From positions 67,518,001 to 67,582,000 of the forward strand of contig NW_024704746.1 in assembly GCF_018977255.1 (NCBI RefSeq): a stretch of 64,000 bases of DNA, read 5' to 3'. Numbering within the stretch: the first letter of the stretch is position 1; each line of letters starts with the position of its first letter. Below are positions 13,672-25,640 of this stretch, piece by piece. The notes beneath the pieces are model-generated. The model worked only from the letters and a program-made list of their open reading frames with translations, had not been told where the DNA came from and searched no databases. The DNA is from Callorhinchus milii. Taxonomy: Eukaryota. The translations under genes and the position numbers were made by a program.

Positions 13672-14754
13672 GCTCTCTCTCTCTCTCTCTCTCTGTGCAC
13701 GTCCCAATCAATAACTCGCAAGAAATGAGGTGTATTTTTGTCTTTGCACACGCTGCGTCTGAGAAACCTTAATTAAATTAGAGGAGAGAGGCTGAGAGAG
13801 AAAGAATCCTTACATTTGATACAGTGCTTTGTCATGCCGTCGAGGCGTCTCGAAGCGCTTCACAGGACATACTGTCGAGAGAGAGAGAGAGAGAGAGAGA
13901 GCTACCCACTGAGCCAGGCTGACCCACAAGAAAACAAGACATTACTGAGACACCGAAGTGTGCTATAAGCTGAACAGGCAGATGGGACTTTGGTTTAACA
14001 TCTTATCAGGTCAATCGAACGGAAGCATTATAAATTAAAATAAACTTCCTCCCCACACCCCCCCACCTCAGCCGCCACTTGCCAATAATAATAATAATAA
14101 TATCAGTCGTGGATTGAGCAGCCAAATTATTATTAATATCCGGTCACCACACTTTTCAGCGTAACCCGTGAAGCGCTTTGAGACGTCTCGAAGACGCGAT
14201 GAGGCGCCGTGTCAAATTCAAGGATTATTACTATTATTAATTACTATTGTTATTATAATAATACAGTATTATTTCCAACCCCTTAAACATTGCGAACCGT
14301 GTCGGGGGAATAAAGTGGAACTAGCACGTGGAATTTTACGCACCCACGTCCATCAGAGATTTTTTTTTTTGATTGGATTGCGTCCAAAAAAAATTCCCAA
14401 TCAGACAACCACAAGGAAAGTCATTGACGGTGACCTTACTGATGGTCAGAGGAGGAGGAGGAGAGAGAGAGAGAGAGAGAGAGGGGTGGACAGAAAGATA
14501 CGGGAACCTGCAAATGCACAGAATAAAATGCATTCAAACTCCAGACAGATCACCCCCTCTCTCCGTGTGTGTTAAAAGGACTGCATTGCACCATAACTGC
14601 CCAATACACACACACACACTCACACACTCACACACATATACACATACATACACATAAACGCACTCAACACGTATATACACACTCACACACGTACGCACTC
14701 AAACATATATAAACATGCATACACATACACACGCTCACACACGTATACACACTC

Positions 14755-14892
14755 NNNNNNNNNNNNNNNNNNNNNNNNNNNNNNNNNNNNNNNNNNNNNN
14801 NNNNNNNNNNNNNNNNNNNNNNNNNNNNNNNNNNNNNNNNNNNNNNNNNNNNNNNNNNNNNNNNNNNNNNNNNNNNNNNNNNNNNNNNNNNN
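14755..14892. other. Assembly gap (138 N) inside a (CA)/(TA)-rich microsatellite
   Basis: Run of N flanked by CACA/TATA repeats. Confidence 1.
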
Positions 14893-15423
14893 TCACACAC
14901 ATACATACTCACAAATACACTCTCACACACACACATATATACTCACACAAGGGCACCTGTAACAGGCAATAGGTAAGGCAGACAGGACTACTGCCACTCC
15001 TCTGCTGCCTTAAATGCACCAATTGCAATTTGCATTGTTACTGACATTTATTGATCCTGTTGCTGTTTTAAGATCAATAAATAACAATAAAATGCATAAT
15101 ATATATATATACACACACATATCAATAAATATATAATCACCAGGTGATAAGGTGCTCCAGGAAATGGAAGGATTATTACCATCTTATCTCTATCAACCTC
15201 TACCCTATCAATCTTTCTCCCTCTATCTTTATCCTGATATGCATTCAACTTATATGCACATATGATAAGAGATTGTGATGCTAAATAAAAAGGCTGCAAT
15301 AAATCCTCTCCTCTCCCCTCTTTCCTGTGCAATTTTATTTGCATATATATATATATATGTATACACACACACACACCTATTTTTTTTAAAAATTAAAAAC
15401 GCAGTGACATTAAAAATTCTTAC

Positions 15424-15447
15424 CTTATTTTGCAGGAAAATCCTCAT
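15424..15447 (-). CDS. Candidate distal first exon (MRIFLQNK), probably FRMD4A
   Basis: ATG at 15447 with A at -3, 8 codons, strong phase-0 donor AAG|GTAAGA. Promoter-like motifs lie about 260-290 nt upstream. Confidence 0.35.
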
Positions 15448-15539
15448 TTTGGAAGGTGTGCGTTTTTTCTTTTGCACTCCCCCCCCATCACCACCACCAT
15501 CATCACCACCACCTCCTCCTCCTCCTCCCCCTACAGCCT

Positions 15540-15740
15540 GTGTTGCATTAATGCAAATCCCTCCGGGTGTTGCAATCACTTTATTTTCACCTTCCCTTCT
15601 TTCCCCCCTGTGTTGCTGTGATTGCTGTGGGGGTGGGGGGGGAAGGAGCTTTGCTGTGAGCTGCAGTTTGCAGACTGGCTCATCAGCCTTGAGTGCGGCT
15701 GCGCAGCTGTCAATCACCTGCAGCTCCAGACCAATGCAAC
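15540..15740 (-). promoter_or_regulatory. Putative promoter/5'UTR with a PBX-MEIS/PREP decamer, a CCAAT box and an octamer
   Basis: TGATTGACAG (- strand) at 15707-15716, CCAAT at 15731-15735, ATGCAAAT at 15551-15558 overlapping the palindrome TTGCATTAATGCAA at 15543-15556. Confidence 0.45.
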
Positions 15741-15750
15741 ACAATGCAAT

Positions 15751-16038
15751 GCGATGCATCTCTGGTCCATGCAATGCTCTCGCGTCCCTCCTGCAATGGA
15801 GTGAATCGCGCAGTAAGCGCAACACTCCGCGGCCGGTGCGATGCGTCTCTGGTCCCCGCAATGCTCTCCCGTCCCTCCTGCAATCGAGTGAATCGCGCAG
15901 TAAGCGCAACACTCCGCGGCCGGTGCGATGCGTCTCCGGTCCCCGCAATGCTCTCGCGTCCCTCCCGCAATCGAGTGAATCGCGCAATAAATGCAATAGT
16001 CCGCGGCCGATGCGATCCATCTCCGGTCCCCGCAATGC
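15751..16038. repeat. 87-bp tandem repeat, about 3.3 copies, CpG-rich
   Basis: Units start at 15751, 15838, 15925 and 16012 (GCGATGC.TCTC.GGTCC...CCGCGGCCG.T). Confidence 0.95.
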
Positions 16039-16730
16039 CCGGTTACCCCTTGCAGTAAATCTTCAGTCGTGCAATACTCTATTACCAATCCAATAAATAT
16101 TTGGCTGTGCCCCACTCGGTTACTCCTGCAATGCATCTTTTGCCGTTCAATACTCTATAACCCGTGCAATAAATCTTTGGTCCACGCAATAATCTCTTAC
16201 CCTTGCAGTAAAATCGTTCCCCGTGCAATACTCTGTCACCCATGCAATCAATCTTTGGCTGCGCAATAATGCATTGCTCATGCAATTAATAATTTTCCGT
16301 GTACTCAGTCATCCAGGCAATAAATTGTTTTTCGTGCAATAATCTATTACCCATGCAATAACGTGCTACACATGCAATAAATCCAGGCAATACATCTTTG
16401 GCTCTGCAAATAACCTACTACCCATGCAATAAATCTTTTTCCCATTCAGTATTCTATATTTGACCATCTATTACCTTGCAATAATTTATTAGCCATCTAG
16501 GCAACAAATAAATCTTTGGCTCAGCAATAATCTACTGCCCATGTAATATACCTAGGCAATAAACCTTTGGCCAAGCAATCTATTGCCCGTGCAATAATTT
16601 ATCATCCATGCAATAAATCTACACAACAACTTATTGGCTCTGCAATAATCCATTAGTCCTCCAATAAATAATTATTTGGACCGATGCAATAACTTATTGC
16701 CCATATAATAATATAATAAATACAATAAGT
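16039..16730. repeat. Degenerate ~19-20-bp GCAAT-anchored minisatellite
   Basis: Recurring GCAATAAATCTTTGG.. and GCAATA.TCTATTACCC.. monomers, often alternating. Confidence 0.85.
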
Positions 16731-17914
16731 CTGGGTATCTTTGGCCTCGCACAGTCACTACGGGTATTATTATTAATAATATTATTATTATTATTATATA
16801 ACGGTTAGCGCAAACGAGAGGATCTCATCAGCGCTTCATCAGCAATCGCAGCAACGCGTCGTCGAGACGTCCCCAAGCGCTTCACAGGATGTGCCGTGAA
16901 GCGGATCGGCCGTGTAGTTTGTGGGCGAAACGCGGCAGCCGATTGCGCACGGCAGCGTCCCTCCCACAAACAGCCGCGGATCGAGTGACCAATGTTTTTC
17001 TTGGTGGGGAAGGGATCATTACCCCCAGAAAGCGATCCGCCAATCGACTAACAACCGGGTTCTTACGTACTGCTGGTAAACCGAGCCGTGTGGAGTAAGG
17101 AAACTCGCCCAAGGTTTCGCCCTGACCCGGGAATAACATTTTCTTTCTCTTGCAATAATAATAATAATCATAATAATTCTTGCATTTTGATCCGGCGCCT
17201 TGTCGCGTCTCAAAAGCGCTTCGCAGGATTTACTGTGAAGTGCGGTGACTGTGCCGTTCGTGGGCGAAACCCGGCAGACGATTGCGCGCAGCAGGGATCC
17301 TCACAAACAGCTGAGGATTGTCCGTCGAGCAATTATTATTATTATTATTATTATCATTATTCTTTCTTTCCCCAGTTTTTTTAAACGCTCTTTCTCTTTT
17401 GCTTTCGGTCTCGTTCTCTCGCTCTCTGTACCTCGCTTGGTTTCTGTCTCTTTTCCCCTTCTCTCTCACTTTCTCTCTCTCTTTTCCTCTCTCTCGGTAC
17501 GCTGCCTTTTATTCCTTCCAGAGCCGGTGTGGTCTGACTGACATTTAATCACACAAGAGAGAGAGAGAGAGAGAGAGACAGAGAATGGTGAAGTGCAGGT
17601 GATGTGAAGGAGAGCTAATGGGAATAGAAGGACGAGTTCTAAGGTTAACCTTTCACTCTCAGCGCCCTCACCTCCGCGCTCAGACAGCAATCTCCTACTG
17701 GCAAACAGCGAGCGCAGGGCAGGGGATTAAATCTGCACAGATTCAGTCAGCGAAGAGAGTCGTCCACGGATGGAAGAGGCTCCCCCAGGGAGACAGGCAG
17801 TGGAAGCGGAAAGTGGCGATTTTTTTTTCAAGGAGAAATTAGATAAGATTTCCTTTAGGAAACAATATCTCTGTATAATAATAATGACATCCCTCGCATT
17901 TAATGCAGCGACTT

Positions 17915-18236
17915 ATAATAATAATAATAATCCTTGCATTTGATATAGCGCTTTTCACGTCTTCTCGACGTCCCAAAGCGCTTCACAGAATAGACTGTAA
18001 AGTGAATTGACTGTATATTTGTGGGCGAACGCGGCAGCCAATTGCGCACAGCAATGTCCCACAAACAGTCGTAGATTGAAAATGACCAATTTATTATTGT
18101 TTTGTTTTGGAGGGATTATTATTAGGCTCTGTGTGGAGTAAGGAAACTTGCCCGAGGTCTCGCCCTCTGCCTGGAATTGAACTCAGGTCTCTCACTTGCA
18201 AAGCGAGTGGTCTAACCACTGAGCTACAGGACTCCA
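17915..18236 (-). mobile_element. Full-length young tRNA-derived SINE nested in an older SINE tail
   Basis: Intact head and tail; the flanks rejoin into one older SINE 3' module. Confidence 0.92.
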
Positions 18237-21200
18237 CTGTATTGCGTCTGCGAGATGCCTCAAAGCGCTTCGCAGGATGCCCTGTAGAGTGGAGTGACTG
18301 TGTATCTTGTGGGCAAAACTTTCTCTCTTTCTGTCTCTCTCTCTCTTTCCTTTTGTCGCTTTCTGCTTCGAAACTTTGGAACCCTCTTCCCCCAATCCCT
18401 CGGCCTTGCCCCCTCCCAAAACACAGCTTGGGGACACGACACGTGCAAGCGACTGCCAGGATGGTAGAAGGCTAACTGGATGGACGTGGGCCTTTTCCGT
18501 CTCGATCGATCCGCCGATCGACTAACAACCGGGTTGCTACTTGCTGCGAGTGTGCGTGGAGTAACTTGCCCAAGGTTTGTTTCGCTCTGACCCAGGAATC
18601 GAACCTGGGTCCTCTCGCTTGTGAGGCGAGTGCTCTAACCACTGATCTACAGGACGCCACACGCACACACACACACATATATATATGTTTGTGACAATAC
18701 CACCACCTAGTGTAGAAAACACCTCCCTTTGGCTCTGCCTCTGACATGTTTGGGTCATTTAACGTCCACCTGAACAGGCAGACGGGGAGTGAGGTTTAAC
18801 GTCTCATCAGAAGGACGGGGTCTCCATCAATGCAAACCCCCCCCCCACCCACCCAGCGCCTCATTGGGGCCAAGACCCGACAGTGGGGGCTTGAACCCCC
18901 AACCTTCTGACTCAGGATAATCACCGGTTGGTCACTGGGTATCTGATGAGCGCGGGTTTGAACCCTCACGCAGGTAAATTTCTACACGACACACACTCCC
19001 GATTTCACCTGTCGAACCCGACACAAATCCATCGAACTCCGCGAGAGGAGGAGAGCGAAATAAAAAGCTGTTGTTGTTTTTTTTTTATTTTTTTTTTAAA
19101 AAAAGAAAATTCACTGGTTTTTCACCTCTTTCGGGATGTAAATACTAAATGAACCATCAACAGAAGGCAAGAACGACACACACACGCACACACGCACACG
19201 CACACGCACGCACTCACGCCCACACAGGACATCTTCAGTCGGGAAGGTTTCGAGGCGACGTTTTTTTAAAGTTATTAACTGGGAACAAACAGCGGGAAAA
19301 AGGTACTCGGAAACGTCAGGGTGAGAGGTTTACATTTTGCTGTGGGGGTCATCACTGCGAACGCACCCGTCTGGCACAGGAACTGGACCAGAGACCGGCA
19401 CAGAGAGAGAGGGCTGTGGCTCGATTACGAACACGTCACCTTGGGGCCAACTTTGGCTCTGAGGAGACCTCGCTGACCTCCAACGGCCCCAGGAACACAG
19501 CCGCTGTACCTTCCGGAATGCCAAGGATCGTAATAGTCCTTGCATTTGATTGCGGACCCCAATCACGTCCTCGAGAAGTCTCAAAGCGCTTCGCAGTAAA
19601 GTGAATCGACTGTGTACTTTGTGGGCGAAACGCCTCATTTTGGTAAGTTTCCAGGAAGCATTAGGGGCTGAGGGGTTGGCAAGAGCCGAGGGATGGGGGA
19701 CAGGGATTGGGGGAGGCGGTGACTAGTTTGACAGGACGCCCACAAACTCGCACTTGGAACGAAGGATCGAAGCCACGAATCACTAACGTTAAGGCACATG
19801 GTGCTCGTCTGGGCCAGGCAGCCAAACCCTGCGCAACCTGGGAACATCCGACTTTCACCAGGCGGACATCCCATTTCTGCACAGATACGCCTCATGTTAT
19901 GTTTGTGCAACTTTCGTTGGGTTCCTCTCTTCACTGCCCCACTTCTCTCTACTCTCTCTCATCCCTTTCCTTTCTCATTCATTCATTCTCTCTCTCGTTC
20001 CCTCTTTTTCTCCTGTTACCTCCCATTCCCTCTCCTCTCATTCACTCCCCCTACATTTCTCCCGTGACCCCTTATCGTATTCACTCTGTCCCTCCCTCCC
20101 TCCACCATTCCCATCTCTCCCCCCAATTTTCCTCCCTCTCTCTCTCTCTCGCTCTCTCTCACTCTTCCCCCATTCCCTCCGTCTACCATTCCCTTCTCTT
20201 TAAAAGAGAAACGGATAAGTGTTTGCAAAGGGGCTGTAGATCGGGACATGGTGTGTGTGTGTGTGTGTTCAAAGGAGGGAGAGGGGGGTTGTCATTGAGG
20301 CAAATAGCAGCCCCATCTGCTACCCCCCGGCTGAGATCAGCTAATTCTGCCCAGAGAAGAACCGAGAGCTGTAACCCAGCTCTGTAATACCTATGAAATG
20401 AAATCCAGACAATTCTGTAACTCGCTGAATAATGGGAGGAATTTCGATATAAAACACTAAATGCCTGTGACTGACTGAATGAAATTAAACCGGTGATGGG
20501 GGGGGGGGGGGTTCACACAACAATAATAATAATAATCCTTGCATTCGATACAGCGCCTTATCACGTCTCCGAGACGACGTCTCAAAGCGCTTCACGGGAT
20601 ACGCTGCAAAGTCAATTGTGAAGTGCGTATATTTTGTGGGCGAAACCCGGCAGTCAATTGCGCAGTGACTGCAGTGTCCCCACAAACAGAAAAAAAAATA
20701 CATATGGGGTATGTGAAGGGAGGTGCAGGTACCCACGATGGCGCCCAGTGAGAGCGGTGACAGAATAGATTGGGGGAATCGTTGTGCGTGCGTTGGGCTT
20801 TTGGAGGCCCGGTTTCATTTCCATTCCATTCCTTGTCCCGTCACTCGCTCGCTCGCTCGCTCACTCACTCACTCCGTCGTTGGCCAGACAAGCTCGAGTC
20901 AAAAAAAAAATGACGGTAACAACAACAACAACACCAGAAAGAGCAACATTCAAACTATCAATAACACTGGAGCCTACCCTGCTGGAGTAATAGCCTTCCT
21001 ATGGATAAAAGTAAAAAAAAACTGGCTCATCAGGGGGGGCAGATCTTAAACCCGGCCTCCGAGGTCCTTTTGGGCGTAGAGCCGAGGCCCCAAAATTCCA
21101 CCTAGGCTCAGCCGCGACTCCTTTTGACCCTCGACTCCGAGGTGATGAGGAACTGTGGGAATCTCTTCAACTCAGTCTCGCTTCGGAAGCGATAATTCGT

Positions 21201-22892
21201 TCATAATAACAATAATAATATGAATAATAACAATAACCCTCGTGCCTGACACTCCTTTCGAGTCGGGAGGACATCTCAAACCTCTTCACTGGGTTTTACT
21301 GTCAAGTGTAGTGACTGTGTGTTTTGCGGACGAGCGCGACAGCCGATTTTGCACACAGCGACGTCCCCGCATATAGACAGCTGCGATGTGAGCGAATGAT
21401 TTTATCGGGGGGGTGGGGGGGGGGGGTTTGTCAGCCGGGACACTGGGGAGAGAGAGAGAGAGAGGGGAGGGGAAACTCCCTTCTCTTTTCCCAACAGCGC
21501 CACAAGATCTTTAACGTCCACTTGAACAGGGAACAGAGGGGAGCGTGAGGTCTAACGTCTCACTTAAAGGACGGCGTCTCTGACAATGCGGATCTCAAAG
21601 TCCCCCCACGTGGGGGCGGGGGGGGGGTGGTGGGGGATGGGGTGGGGGTTGAACCCACAACCTTCTGACTCAGAGGTGAGAGTGAGCCTGAGCCAGGCTG
21701 ATACCCGCTTCCCTGAGCGGAAGTCTGAGCTTGAAGAGATTTCCCACAAAACTATTTTAGGAACAAAACAGAAAAATAAGGAAGAGAGACGAACTGAAGG
21801 CTGCAGCAAGGAGAGTGATCAGGAACGCTGGGAAGAGATGGAGTTTCTCTCTCGTGGGTTGGTTCTCCAGAAGTATGGAGGAATGGATTTGAGGGGGGGG
21901 GGGGGGGGGAGGAGAATGGGGGGTGGGGGGGTTTGAAAGGCAACTGCGGAGGAATACGTGATTGTATTTCCACTGGTTGGGTAATCAGTGGATTGGGAGG
22001 GAATGAAGATGTAAGAGTGAAGGGGAGCTCAGGAGAAATGTTGAGACTTGTTGGGGAGGATAGAGACTACGATGGGGTGGTGTGGGGGGGACTTTGCGTA
22101 GGGTCGCAAGGCTTCAGGCTAAAACTAAGTGGAATTTTTGAGTCAGCAAACAGGGATGCCACGTCGAGGTGATGGGCAAGAGGCGAGGGTGGGTGCCTGA
22201 CCCCCCCTCACATAGGTCAGAGCCTCTGGCCCTACAGACTTCCCCACACCCCCACTCCCCGACCCAAGGGAGCGAGGGGAGGGAGAAAGATGTGAGGGGT
22301 GGGGGGGGGGGGGGGGGAGTCGTGTGAAGGTCGAAGTTGCCTTATTTTGTTCATCTCCCGCTCGCAAAAGAGGAAAAAACACCAAGGCATCGCGGAAGCG
22401 TCTGGAAGGTCCCGGCCAGTGGTCGCTCGGAAGCTCTCGCGACGGGAATCCGGGGGCCGTCGAGAATGTCTGAGCGCGGATTCCAAACCAGGGTGAGATT
22501 TTCCCGAATTTTTCCGACAAAGGAAAGTTTCCTTCGACCCTCCCTCTATCCCCACTCCCCTCTCCCCCAATCTCTCTCTCCCCCCATCCCCCCCCCCCCC
22601 CCAGCCCCCTCCTGGAGTCCTGGGTTGAATGTCGCTGTGTTAAAAGGCTTCGTCTGTCGTCCCTGGAATGTTGGCGAGGTGTCCGTCAGGCACATGGAAC
22701 TCTGCAACCCCCCCCCCAGCCCCCCACCCCTCCTTGTGGACTCAGGGCAGCCTCGTTGCTCATTCCAGCCTGGAATTCCTCAAAGCCTTTGGCAGCCACA
22801 ACCAAATCCTCGGAGTCGGGGTGGTGGTGGGGGGAAAAGCGGGAAAAAGTTCTTGTTCCGCTCCACGCCCCTGGCTCCCTCCCTCCCTCTCT

Positions 22893-23012
22893 CTAGGACA
22901 CCTGAACGTCCGTGCTCTCCTCCAGTTTGGTTCTCCTCAGGTTGCTCTTCATCTTCACAAACTCGGGCGCGTTCTCCTCTTCCTCCTCCGCTCTCTGCTT
23001 CTCCTGCTCCAT
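22893..23012 (-). CDS. FAM107B: FAM107B last coding exon (MEQEKQRAEEEEENAPEFVKMKSNLRRTKLEESTDVQVS*)
   Basis: Acceptor TTCCAG|, 120 nt, ends in TAG. Contains the ENAPEFVK.K.NLRRT motif of the FAM107 (DUF1151) family. Confidence 0.95.
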   Translation of the reverse strand: MEQEKQRAEEEEENAPEFVKMKSNLRRTKLEESTDVQVS

Positions 23013-23687
23013 CTGGAACATCACCCAGAGGTTTACCCTTTCACACCGCGACCCTTGCACCTCAATGATATATCATCGTCATAATAATAATCCTTTGCGT
23101 TTGACATGGCACCTCATCATGTCGTCAAGTGTAGTGACTTGTGCGTTTTGGTGGGTGAAATGCGGGCATTCGATTGAGGGGCACAGCAGCGTCCCCCACA
23201 AGCAGCCGTGGATTGAGTGACCAAGTTATAATTTTTTTTCCAAGGGATTATTACCCCCGGCAAACCGATCCGTCAATCAACTAACAACCGGGTAGGAACT
23301 GACTGCTGGTAAACAGAGGTACGTGTGTGTGTGTGTGTGTGTGTGGAGTAAGGAAAATTGCCTGAGGTCGCGCCCTGTTTGGGAATCAAACCGGGTCCGC
23401 TTGCTTGCGAGGCGAGCGCTCAAACCGCTCAGCTGCAGGGCTCCGAAGGCAAAGAGGCAAGAGGTGAACGGTCAATTGTACCCTGGGGAATGTAGGCCAG
23501 TGACGGTGCGGAGAAACTCCCTTTGCTTTTCTAACAGTGTTGCGGGATCTTTAACGTCCGGCGTAACAGTCACAGACAGGACTTGGACTTGAACATTGCA
23601 TCTCACCAGGCTCCACGCACCCACCACCCACCAGGAGCCGAGGTGCTATCACGGGGGTGTCTGTGCCGGTCGGGCTTGTTGCCTTAC

Positions 23688-23838
23688 CTGGTCTAGTCTC
23701 TGCTGCCTCTTCATTAACTCCTGTTCCAGGTCGGAGCGTTTCTGCCCCTCTTCCTCTTTCTTCTGTTTCACCACCTGATCCCGTTTCCTCTGTTCCATCA
23801 CCCGTTGCAGCTCTGGTTTGCTCTGTGGAACGATGCCC
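23688..23838 (-). CDS. FAM107B: FAM107B internal exon ([50 protein letters not shown])
   Basis: CAG| and |GTAAG boundaries, 151 nt, phase 2 to 0, KPELQ.VME.RKRDQ motif. Confidence 0.95.
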
Positions 23839-24734
23839 CTGTGGGTGTGAGAGAGGGGGGGGGTGGGGTGGGGTTGGGGGAAGAGAGCGTGAGCAACCAG
23901 GCCAAGGGGAGACAGAGGGAAGGGGGAAAGGGGCCACGGGAGATCCCCAAACTTAACAACTACAATTTTGGGAGGTTGATTCAGAGAGCTTTACAGAGCC
24001 AACTGGGAGCCCAAACAATAATATAATATGATTGTTATAATAATAATAATCATCCCTGCATTGGATACAGCGCCTTATCACGTCGTCGAGACGTCTCAAA
24101 GCGCTTCACAGGATACGCCGTAAAGTGAAGTGACTGCGTTTCACAGGATATACTGTAAATACTGGGCACTTTGTGAGAGAAGCGCGGCAGCCAGTTGCGC
24201 TCAGCAGTGTCCCACAAACAGCCGTGGATTGAAGTTTCAGCATAAAATTCTTTTGAAAATTCAATGAGGGAATATTTATTGGGTCGACCAGCAGGCGGCC
24301 GACCTTTACTGTAGGCCGACCCAATTAATTGATGAGTATTTCTTTCATTGGTGCCGTGAGTCAATCGAGAAAAGCCTGAGGAGAACACACGCACTGCCGA
24401 TCGAACCCGCATTTACCTAGAACCGTGTCAATGTTCGGGTGGGGAGGGGGGCGGGGGGGAGAGCGTGGAGAGGGGCTGCTTCTTGATGGCAAATAATATC
24501 GAGTTCAAAATCCTTGTCCTCACCTTCAAAGCTCTTCACGGCCTCTCTCCTCTCACCATCTGTGACCTCCTAAAACCTCACCAAACTGTGGCGTTCCCCA
24601 CCCCACCCGCCTCTCAGCCGGCCACCATTGGTTTAAACTATTCCCCCCACAACGCATCCCCCCCTTCTCCTGCCTCCACGCCCCCCCCCCCACACACCCA
24701 CCACTATACATCTCCCCGGTGATGGTGTCACTAC

Positions 24735-24918
24735 CGTTTCTGGTTGATGAGCAGCTCTCGCTGCAGGTCCTGATGGTTTCTGGAGGACTTGACGGGGTTG
24801 ATCAGTTTACGGGGTCTGATCAGCTCAGCGCTGTCCTCCTCCTCGATGTAGTCGGGCTCGGCCATGACTCTCCCCCCGATGTCCTGCACCTCCTGCTCCG
24901 TGTCGACCTTCTCACTCT
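24735..24918 (-). CDS. FAM107B: FAM107B exon containing the short-isoform ATG at 24865 ([62 protein letters not shown])
   Basis: 184-nt exon with TTTTGTCACAG| acceptor and |GTAG donor. MAEPDYIE and SRNHQDL match FAM107B rather than FAM107A. Short CDS is 131+151+120 = 402 nt (133 aa). Confidence 0.95.
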
Positions 24919-25499
24919 CTGTGACAAAAAACACACACCCCTCAGAAACTCACCCCAGGCCCAACACCCCCGTCTCTCCTCCGCTATCAGAGGCCGCGCT
25001 TTCAGCCCCGAAGCTGTGAAACTCTCTCCCTCTATCCCTCCGCTTCACCCCCGAGACGAGACGTCTCAAAGCGCTTCGCAGGAATTACTGTGAAGTGCAG
25101 TGACTCTGCATATTTTTGTAGGTGAACGCAGCTGCCGATTTGCGCACGGCGACGTCCCCACGCACAGTGTCCCCGAAACAGTGAGTGAATGAACAATTTT
25201 ATCTGTCTGGGGTGGGGGGGGGGGGGGGGAAGACTCCTGTCTCTTTTACCTACAGTGCCCCAGGATCTTTAACGTCCGCCAGAACAGGGCACAGATGGTG
25301 AGTGCAGGTTAACGTTTCATCCAGAGGACGGCGTCTCTGACAGTACAGCGCTCTCTCTTTCTCTCCCACCCCCCACTCACCCCACAGCTGGAACGTCAGC
25401 CTAGACTGCGAGCTCAAAGACCCCCGATGTGTGTGGTGGGGGGGGGGGCTCGAAAGAGGTGAGAGCGTGAGAGGCCGAGCCACGCTGACAACTAGCGCA

Positions 25500-25640
25500 A
25501 TAGGAAGTGGAGTGAAGGACAGCGAGTGCTTTACTTCCTGATTTGCACATTAACCGTAAATTGATGGTCCTTGGACAGTTAAATCAATAAGTCTGTGGTG
25601 ACTCATTTACTGTCTGAGTCAAAAGCAGCCCACGTGGGAA
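25500..25640. promoter_or_regulatory. Dense transcription-factor motif cluster; candidate intronic enhancer of FAM107B
   Basis: ETS at 25502-08 and 25533-40, RUNX TGTGGT at 25594-99, AP-1 at 25599-605 and 25615-21, E-box at 25631-36, CSL CGTGGGAA at 25633-40. Confidence 0.45.

Noticed and set aside
15250-16136. Long ORFs (261 and 273 aa) on both strands with 29-aa repeats
   Set aside because: They arise from a stop-poor 87-bp tandem repeat plus simple repeats and are open in several frames, with no recognisable domain.
15751-16730. CRISPR-like regularly spaced repeats
   Set aside because: Eukaryotic context, no unique spacers between identical repeats, and no cas genes; this is a minisatellite.
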